In this document: positions 1 to 4,478 of the stretch, piece by piece
Position numbering within the stretch: the stretch's first letter is position 1
How the letters are laid out: each line of letters begins with the position of its first letter
Source of the DNA: a virus
Lineage: Duplodnaviria; Heunggongvirae; Uroviricota; Caudoviricetes
Virus record (IMG/VR): IMGVR_UViG_2681813227_000017
Reading direction: 5' to 3' (one strand)
Length of the DNA stretch: 4,478 bases
The notes under the pieces: generated by a model
Databases searched by the model: none
What the model was told of the DNA's origin: nothing
The model's input: only the letters and a program-made list of their open reading frames with translations
Program-made: the position numbers and the translations under genes

Positions 1-65
1 TCTGACTAACCTGTATTTCAAAATCAGGGAGGACCGCCGTAAGACGGCGCGGGGAGACTAAAGCG

Positions 66-1055
66 ATGAAGAAAAAATACGAACTGGTTGTTAAAGAGAT
101 AAATAATTACCCGGATAAGATTGCTGTTACTGTGGCACTTGAAATTGGCGGGCATCCGTCGTTGTTGTTGCCACATGTGGCGATTAGTCTTGACCGTACT
201 GAAGGTGCCACGCTGGAGTTCTACGAAGCTGAGGCGAAAAAACAGGCGAAGCAGTTTTTCATGGATATTGTTGCCGGGTTATGCGAAGGGGATGAACCGT
301 CACCGGAAAAGCGCCCCGTAATTTTAGATGCGCAGGATGTATTGATAACCTACAAAGGAAAGCTACCGGGAAGAATTACTTGTTCTCTGAAGATGCCGCC
401 GTCAACACTGCGGTCAGAAAAAGATGATGTTGAATCGCGTATTGAAAAACTGGAGTGCTATATCGCTGAATTGAAAAAAAGCACCCCAACAAAAAATGAG
501 GTGCTTGCAGCAGACGAAATGAAAGAAGCTATTCCTGATCGCGCGGCGAATCTAAGCTGCGCTTCATGGTTGAAAGAGCATCTTCAGCAGCCTGAAAAAA
601 AACGCCGCGATGAGCAGTTTGCTGCGTTTTACGATTATTGCCGGAAAGTGATGAGCAGAAATCTCGCAGAGTGTTTCAGTATTCATAATGATAATTTCAG
701 TGACCTGGAATGGGAGTGTAACCGGCCATCCTTTGTTGTATCCGGTGATGCTGGGAAAATAACCATCTCAGAAAATGGAAAAGTAACACCGCCATCGCAC
801 CAGCATAGTGAGGAGCTCATTGAATTTGCCATTGATTACCTGAAGAACAATAAAAAGCAGGGGCTGATGAAGTGCATTGGTCGTTGCATGGGATATCTGC
901 AGATAGCTGCTGAGATTGAAGCGCTGGCCAGTGGTGCGGACAAGGATGCAGTTGTGCGGGAGGCTCTTCTTCGTGATTTTGATAATCCGCCCTTTAAAAA
1001 AGTGCCGGCTTACTGGTTTCATCCAGGACTGACTTATCTTAAAGGACGTATATAA
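66..1055 (+). CDS. Hypothetical protein, 329 aa, probably soluble; function unknown. Candidate accessory (moron) gene just upstream of the endolysin.
   Basis: Uninterrupted 990-nt ORF starting at the first in-frame ATG after a stop at 3-5; GGGGAG at 51-56 sits 9 nt upstream as a possible RBS. No N-terminal hydrophobic segment and no motif I recognise (no Walker A, no CxxC pairs). Composition looks more AT-rich than Rz or terminase. Same strand as the lysis genes, 42 nt before the endolysin start. Confidence 0.6.
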   Translation: MKKKYELVVKEINNYPDKIAVTVALEIGGHPSLLLPHVAISLDRTEGATLEFYEAEAKKQAKQFFMDIVAGLCEGDEPSPEKRPVILDAQDVLITYKGKLPGRITCSLKMPPSTLRSEKDDVESRIEKLECYIAELKKSTPTKNEVLAADEMKEAIPDRAANLSCASWLKEHLQQPEKKRRDEQFAAFYDYCRKVMSRNLAECFSIHNDNFSDLEWECNRPSFVVSGDAGKITISENGKVTPPSHQHSEELIEFAIDYLKNNKKQGLMKCIGRCMGYLQIAAEIEALASGADKDAVVREALLRDFDNPPFKKVPAYWFHPGLTYLKGRI

Positions 1056-1097
1056 GCTGGCTCGTTATCTGTTGCCGATAAATCCTGATAAATATCC

Positions 1098-1631
1098 ATG
1101 AACACCAAAATCAAATACGGCCTGTCGGCTGCCGTTCTGGCGCTGATTGCCGCTGGTGCGCCTGCGCCTGACATTCTCGACCAGTTTCTGGATGAAAAGG
1201 AAGGTAACCACACCACGGCATACCGTGATGGTGCGGGGATCTGGACCATCTGCCGTGGTGCCATCATGGTGGATGGTAAACCTGTTGTTCCAGGCATGAA
1301 GTTGTCGAAGGCAAAATGCGCTCAGGTTAACGCCATTGAGCGTAATAAGGCGCTGGCATGGGTGGAGAAAAACATCAAAGTGCCATTGACCGAACCACAG
1401 AAAGCGGGGATTGCGTCATTCTGTCCGTACAACATTGGCCCCGGTAAGTGTTTCCCGTCGACGTTTTATAAACGAATTAATGCAGGCGATCGCAGGGGGG
1501 CGTGTGAGGCGATTCGCTGGTGGATTAAGGACGGTGGCAGAGACTGCCGTATTCGCTCAAACAACTGTTACGGTCAGGTATCCCGTCGCGACCAGGAGAG
1601 TGCGCTGGCGTGCTGGGGAATTGACAGATAA
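1098..1631 (+). CDS. R: SAR-type endolysin (phage lysozyme of the T4-lysozyme / glycoside hydrolase 24 type)
   Basis: The translation has the E-x8-D-x5-T catalytic spacing (EGNHTTAYRDGAGIWT). The N-terminus has a Gly/Ala-rich weakly hydrophobic stretch (YGLSAAVLALIAAGAPAP) followed by Pro, which fits a signal-anchor-release domain better than a cleavable signal peptide. It lies directly upstream of Rz/Rz1. No clear Shine-Dalgarno precedes the ATG. Confidence 0.88.
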   Translation: MNTKIKYGLSAAVLALIAAGAPAPDILDQFLDEKEGNHTTAYRDGAGIWTICRGAIMVDGKPVVPGMKLSKAKCAQVNAIERNKALAWVEKNIKVPLTEPQKAGIASFCPYNIGPGKCFPSTFYKRINAGDRRGACEAIRWWIKDGGRDCRIRSNNCYGQVSRRDQESALACWGIDR

Positions 1632-1725
1632 GCAGAATATTTTGCTGAAAAATGCGGTTTGCTCACACGGACGGATAACACGAAATCCTGCGAACTGACA
1701 AAAACTAAGTGAATAAAAGTAAAAA

Positions 1726-1760
1726 CCCCGTTTGTTGGCTGCAAGCGGGGTTTTGTGTTT
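1726..1760. terminator. Candidate rho-independent terminator hairpin, possibly bidirectional
   Basis: Stem CCCCGTTTG (1726-1734) pairs with CAAGCGGGG (1742-1750): 9 bp with one G-U pair and a 7-nt loop. TTTT follows at 1751-1754 on the + strand and AAAAA precedes at 1721-1725, giving a U-run on the other strand. It sits about 95 nt after the endolysin stop. Confidence 0.5.
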
Positions 1761-1829
1761 CCTGACTCTGGAAAAGTCAAAGGAGAAAGTGTGTTTGATT
1801 TTAGCAAACTGATTCGGGAGATTCGAGTG

Positions 1830-1928
1830 ATGGCTGAAAAATTATCCACCTGGAAGTTCATTCTTATCTGGCTGGTGTTTGTGATTATGGCCTCCGGTTA
1901 TTTCATCGGTCAGATACGCTGGTGGTGA
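1830..1928 (+). CDS. Small single-pass membrane protein, 32 aa (MAEKLSTWKFILIWLVFVIMASGYFIGQIRWW); function unknown
   Basis: Not in the ORF track because it is short. GGGAG at 1816-1820 lies 9 nt upstream of the ATG. Its TGA stop (1926-1928) is one base before the Rz ATG at 1930, suggesting translational coupling. An in-frame GTG at 1791 would give 45 aa. One hydrophobic helix is predicted. Confidence 0.35.
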   Translation: MAEKLSTWKFILIWLVFVIMASGYFIGQIRWW

Positions 1929-1929
1929 A

Positions 1930-2397
1930 ATGAACCGCGTACTGTGCGTGGTCATCATTGCCCTGCTGGTGGCCTGTGGTGCGCTTAGTCTGGGGCTGAA
2001 TCATTACCGTGATAACGCCATAACCTACAAAGAGCAGCGCGATAAAAAAGTCAGTGAGCTGGAGCAGGCAAATGCAACCATTACTGATATGCAGCAGCGC
2101 CAGCGTGATGTTGCTGCACTTGATGCCAGATACTCGAGGGAATTAGCCGATGCGAGAGCTGAAAATGAAACTCTTCGCGCTGACGTTGCCGCTGGTCGTA
2201 AGCGCCTGCGGATCAACGCCACCTGTCCAGGCTCCGTGCGTGAAGCCCCCGCCACCTCCGGCGTGGATAATGCAACCGGCCCCCAACTGGCAGACACCGT
2301 TACACGGGATTATTTCACCCTCAGAGAGCGGCTGATGACGATGCACAAGCAACTGGAAGGGGCACAGGACTATATCCGCACTCAGTGCCTGAAATAA
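1930..2397 (+). CDS. Rz: Rz inner-membrane spanin (i-spanin)
   Basis: 155 aa with an N-terminal signal-anchor segment and a charged coiled-coil-like body. Long stretches match lambda Rz as I remember it (NHYRDNAITYK, ITDMQ.RQRDVAALDA, RDYFTLRERL). A second ORF is embedded in its +1 frame. Confidence 0.92.
   Translation: MNRVLCVVIIALLVACGALSLGLNHYRDNAITYKEQRDKKVSELEQANATITDMQQRQRDVAALDARYSRELADARAENETLRADVAAGRKRLRINATCPGSVREAPATSGVDNATGPQLADTVTRDYFTLRERLMTMHKQLEGAQDYIRTQCLK
2150..2335 (+). CDS. Rz1: Rz1 outer-membrane lipoprotein spanin (o-spanin), fully embedded in Rz in the +1 frame
   Basis: 61 aa with a lipobox (VSAC, Cys20) and a proline-rich mature part (CVKPPPPPAWIMQP...GIISPSE) that matches lambda Rz1 closely by recall. 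The embedded arrangement is the same as in lambda. Confidence 0.9.
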   Translation: MRELKMKLFALTLPLVVSACGSTPPVQAPCVKPPPPPAWIMQPAPNWQTPLHGIISPSESG

Positions 2398-2747
2398 GTT
2401 TTGTTGATGCGCCGTATCGTCGCTGTATTCCCTCATTAACAGAGACCGCAGCCCGACAGGGAGACTCCTCTGCGCGAGTGTGCGGGGATAATCAAAAACG
2501 ATACACACCGGGGTTTACCGCGTTAACGGAGCGCGGCGTTGTCCCCTCATAGTCGCCTGTCCGGTGCGATGGTGGAAGAAGCCGGATGTTTATCACTATT
2601 AATTGATGACACAGAAATGGATTCATTGAATTTCAGCACGTTTTTGTATTCGTGTTATTGAACATCTGTTTATTTTACTTTTAACATATTGATAATAAAA
2701 AGAGCTGTAAATCTTTAGATGAGTCGATTTTGTCCGGGGAAGTTCAA

Positions 2748-2888
2748 ATGGATTTTATGCTGACGGTTTCTGGTGTGGTTATCCTGTCCATTGCTTATAC
2801 TGCAGATAAATATGGCTGCCATTTGTTATCACGTATTGGCGCTTATTGTTCGTTGATGCTGATTTTCTCGTCGCTTTTTTTTGAGTAA
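2748..2888 (+). CDS. Small hydrophobic peptide, 46 aa (MDFMLTVSGVVILSIAYTADKYGCHLLSRIGAYCSLMLIFSSLFFE); candidate small membrane protein
   Basis: Not in the ORF track because it is short. GGGGAAG at 2735-2741 lies about 6 nt upstream of the ATG, with an AT-rich region further upstream. Two hydrophobic segments. A 17-bp AT-rich near-palindrome (2889-2905) follows the stop. The only support is the RBS and hydrophobicity. Confidence 0.3.
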   Translation: MDFMLTVSGVVILSIAYTADKYGCHLLSRIGAYCSLMLIFSSLFFE

Positions 2889-3020
2889 GTTATATTAATT
2901 ATAACAAATAATTTTCTGTGTTATTTTTTCAGGCTATCCCGTCAGAGGGGAAGCCTGTACTGCCGGGGAGCGAATGGAAAACTGATGTGTCCGGTAACTG
3001 CGTGTTCTGTGAACACCATG

Positions 3021-3206
3021 TTACTTAATTATGTAATTCATACCCGAACTCTCTGTTGACAGCCTTCTTCTGCAGGCTTCAATAACCCACGCTGAAAAGT
3101 TTCCTGAACCTTTCAGATCAAGAGCGATGTTAATTTGTTCAATCATCTGGTTTGGAAATCGGATGTTGCGGGTTGTTGTTCTGCGGGTTCTGTTCTTTGA
3201 TGACAT
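3021..3206 (-). CDS. Small ribbon-helix-helix-like DNA-binding protein, 61 aa; resembles DUF3950/YlcI-type proteins found upstream of terminase genes in E. coli prophages (from memory)
   Basis: Minus-strand ORF MSSKNRTRRTTTRNIRFPNQMIEQINIALDLKGSGNFSAWVIEACRRRL..., with a basic N-terminus, a short beta-strand-like segment (NIRFP) and two helices, as in Arc/MetJ/CopG folds. GGGGAA is about 5 nt upstream of the ATG (which is CAT at 3204-3206 on the + strand). It is convergent with the 2748-2888 peptide and divergent from cos/Nu1. Confidence 0.55.
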   Translation of the reverse strand: MSSKNRTRRTTTRNIRFPNQMIEQINIALDLKGSGNFSAWVIEACRRRLSTESSGMNYIIK

Positions 3207-3353
3207 AATGTTTCCCCATATTCAGTGTTGCTGATTTGTATTATCTGAAGTTGCTTTTACGTTAATTTGATGCAGATCAATTAATACGATACCTGCGTCA
3301 TAATTGATTATTTGACGTGGTTTGATGGCGTAGATGCACGTTGTGACATGTAG

Positions 3354-3370
3354 ATGATAATTATTATCAT
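3354..3370. promoter_or_regulatory. Perfect 17-bp palindrome ATGATAAT-T-ATTATCAT; its core TGATAATnATTATCA matches the 7-1-7 Fur-box pattern. Candidate Fur box or operator.
   Basis: Read directly from the sequence: 3355-3361 TGATAAT, centre T at 3362, 3363-3369 ATTATCA. About 150 bp upstream of the minus-strand RHH gene start and about 35 bp before cosN. Several TAATTGAT-like inverted copies also lie at 3262-3309. Confidence 0.3.
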
Positions 3371-3405
3371 TTTGCGGGTCCTTTCCGGCGATCCGAGCGG
3401 TTACG

Positions 3406-3417
3406 GGGCGGCGACCT
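3406..3417. other. cosN: cosN: the 12-nt cohesive-end sequence GGGCGGCGACCT of the lambda type (terminase nicking site)
   Basis: 3400-3450 reads GTTACG|GGGCGGCGACCTCGCGGGTTTTCGCTATTTATGAAAATTTTCCGG, which matches the lambda right-end/left-end junction as I recall it, base for base across about 45 nt after the nick. The flank before it (GGGTCCTTTCCGG, about 3374-3390) resembles the lambda right-end region where cosQ lies. Confidence 0.85.
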
Positions 3418-3443
3418 CGCGGGTTTTCGCTATTTATGAAAAT

Positions 3444-3562
3444 TTTCCGGGAACCATGTCCGGTTTCTCTGCAAGTTAACTACATAAAAAATATAAAAAC
3501 AGGTTTTCCGTGAACCGGACATGCGCAAAAAATAGACATATAAACCGGACATGACCGGTTTT
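3444..3562. promoter_or_regulatory. cosB: cosB-like terminase small-subunit binding region: three copies of a CATGTCCGGTT(T) element (candidate R3, R2, R1) with an A/T-rich spacer that may be an IHF site
   Basis: CATGTCCGGTTT at 3455-3466 in one orientation; its reverse complement GAACCGGACATG at 3512-3523 and AAACCGGACATG at 3542-3553. The one-inverted, two-direct orientation pattern mirrors lambda R3 versus R2/R1. An A/T-rich stretch at 3471-3500 sits between the first and second copies. Identity to lambda ends exactly where lambda R3 would begin. Confidence 0.6.
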
Positions 3563-3600
3563 GTGCTGATTGTGAGGTAAGAGTTTTTGCGAGGTGAGGA

Positions 3601-4110
3601 GTGGCTACGCAGACTGAAGTTGCCAGGCATTTGAGTCTGACCGATCGCCAGCTTCGCAGATTGCAGAAATTGCCGGGTGCTCCGGTCTCGAATAAGCGAG
3701 GACAACTGGATCTGGATGCCTGGCGTGATTTTTACATATCGTATCTGAGGAGAAGTAAAAACGATGTGCCTGATGGCGATAGCGAAGACGACTATGAAGA
3801 AAAGTTACTCATTGCCAGATGGAAGTTGATCGAAGAACAGGCAATCGCCCAGCAATTAAAAAATCAGGCGTCCGAAGGAAAGCTTATTGACACCGGATTC
3901 TGTATTTTTGCCCTCAGTAAGCTGGCAATGGCGTTATCCAGTACGCTTGATTCCATCCCTTTATCCATGCAGCGACAGTTTCTTGATTTAACACCGCGCC
4001 ATCTTGACCATCTGAAAACCCTTATTGCGAAGGGGGCAAATCAGTGTGCGCGGGCAGGGGATAAATTACCGGATTTACTCGATGAATATATCAGAGCAAC
4101 AACTGAATAA
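3601..4110 (+). CDS. nu1: Terminase small subunit (Nu1-like)
   Basis: 169 aa starting at GTG 3601, the first start after an in-frame TGA at 3595-3597; GAGG lies at 3590-3593. The C-terminal half matches lambda Nu1 by recall (FCIFALSKLA...LSMQRQF...RHLD...LPDLLDEYI versus lambda FCTFVLSRIA...LSVQRRF...RHVD...IPGLLSEYI). The N-terminus has the helix-turn-helix region in a divergent form. Confidence 0.92.
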   Translation: MATQTEVARHLSLTDRQLRRLQKLPGAPVSNKRGQLDLDAWRDFYISYLRRSKNDVPDGDSEDDYEEKLLIARWKLIEEQAIAQQLKNQASEGKLIDTGFCIFALSKLAMALSSTLDSIPLSMQRQFLDLTPRHLDHLKTLIAKGANQCARAGDKLPDLLDEYIRATTE

Positions 4111-4478
4111 TATGATGGCTGCCGTTTCGGTTGCGCTGCAGCCTCTGGTCAGGGTTGTACCGATGACGGCAGTTGAATGGGCTGATCAAAATTATTATCT
4201 GCCTAAAGAATCCTCATACGGTGACGGCGAATGGAAAACTCTGCCATTCCAGATCGCCATTATGAACTGTATGGGTAACGACCAGGTTCGCACGGTTAAC
4301 CTGATTAAATCTGCCCGTGTTGGCTATACAAAGATGTTGCTGGGGGTGGTCGGGTATTTTATTGAGCATAAATCCCGAAACAGTCTGCTTTTTCAGCCCA
4401 CGGATTCTGCCGCTGAAGATTTTATGAAGTCTCACGTGGAGGCGACGATTCGGAACGTGCCATGCCTGAAAGACCTTT
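4082..4478 (+). CDS. A: Terminase large subunit (gpA-like), N-terminal part; runs off the 3' end of the window
   Basis: My own translation from ATG 4082: MNISEQQLNNMMAAVSVALQPLVRVVPMTAVEWADQNYYLPKESSYGDGEWKTLPFQIAIMNCMGNDQVRTVNLIKSARVGYTKMLLGVVGYFIEHKSRNSLLFQPTDSAAEDFMKSHVEATIRNVPCLKDL. It matches the lambda gpA N-terminus (MNIS..., TAVEWAD.NYYLPKES, KSARVGYSKMLLGV, YFIEHK, PTD...FMK.HVE). It overlaps the Nu1 3' end by 29 nt in another frame, as in lambda. It is absent from the ORF track because it has no stop in the window. Confidence 0.92.
   Translation, partial: MNISEQQLNNMMAAVSVALQPLVRVVPMTAVEWADQNYYLPKESSYGDGEWKTLPFQIAIMNCMGNDQVRTVNLIKSARVGYTKMLLGVVGYFIEHKSRNSLLFQPTDSAAEDFMKSHVEATIRNVPCLKDL

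Noticed and set aside
35-49. Hairpin CGCCGT-AAG-ACGGCG upstream of the first ORF
   Set aside because: A 6-bp stem with no U-tract after it, so not a convincing terminator. It could be part of a late-leader structure, but that cannot be supported from this window.
121-321. 66-aa + strand ORF inside the 329-aa gene
   Set aside because: Lies wholly within the longer ORF in another frame; arginine-rich, low-complexity translation typical of an off-frame artefact.
768-1297. Two minus-strand ORFs (768-1022, 84 aa; 1034-1297, 87 aa)
   Set aside because: Both run antisense to better-supported + strand genes (the 329-aa ORF and the endolysin); no RBS context and no recognisable features.
1411-1861. 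ORFs 1411-1698 (+) and 1574-1861 (-), 95 aa each
   Set aside because: The first is an alternate frame of the endolysin 3' end. The second is antisense, spanning the endolysin end, the terminator hairpin and the small ORF. Both are probably chance ORFs.
2025-2508. Minus-strand ORFs 2025-2297 (90 aa) and 2143-2508 (121 aa)
   Set aside because: Antisense to the Rz/Rz1 pair, which has strong homology support. The part outside Rz (2398-2508) shows no bor-like or other recognisable sequence.
2398-2747. Looked for a bor-like lipoprotein gene, expected after Rz1 by lambda synteny
   Set aside because: No ORF of suitable size, and no lipoprotein signal peptide in any frame on either strand; bor appears absent.
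2735-2752. tRNA-like T-loop motif (GGAAGTTCAAATGG)
   Set aside because: No acceptor stem or cloverleaf can be built around it; it overlaps the RBS and start of the small peptide ORF.
3430-3705. Minus-strand 91-aa ORF across cosB and the Nu1 start
   Set aside because: Overlaps the cos repeats and runs antisense to the well-supported Nu1 gene; chance ORF.
4214-4435. Minus-strand 73-aa ORF
   Set aside because: Antisense to the gpA coding region, which has strong similarity to lambda gpA.
1-4478. Scan for CRISPR arrays, insertion-sequence terminal inverted repeats, rRNA or tRNA genes, and integrase or attachment sites
   Set aside because: No regularly spaced direct repeats, no transposase-like ORF and no structural RNA signatures were seen. 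The only repeat families are the cosB elements and short AT-rich palindromes already described.

Overview
This window looks like the late-gene region of a lambda-like (lambdoid) enterobacterial phage or prophage, read left to right on the + strand. It contains an unrecognised 329-aa ORF, a SAR-type endolysin, a hairpin terminator, a tiny membrane ORF coupled to the Rz/Rz1 spanin pair, a ~1.2 kb accessory stretch, the cos site and the start of the terminase genes. Rz, Rz1, Nu1 and the start of gpA closely resemble the lambda proteins as I recall them; that recall was not checked by any search. The cohesive-end sequence matches lambda's for about 45 nt and then diverges into different repeats where lambda's Nu1-binding sites would be. 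No holin gene is visible upstream of the endolysin, and no bor-like gene follows Rz1. The most likely places for something new are the 329-aa ORF (66-1055) and the small-gene island between Rz1 and cos; the function of both is unknown from sequence alone. All homology statements are from memory and pattern recognition.
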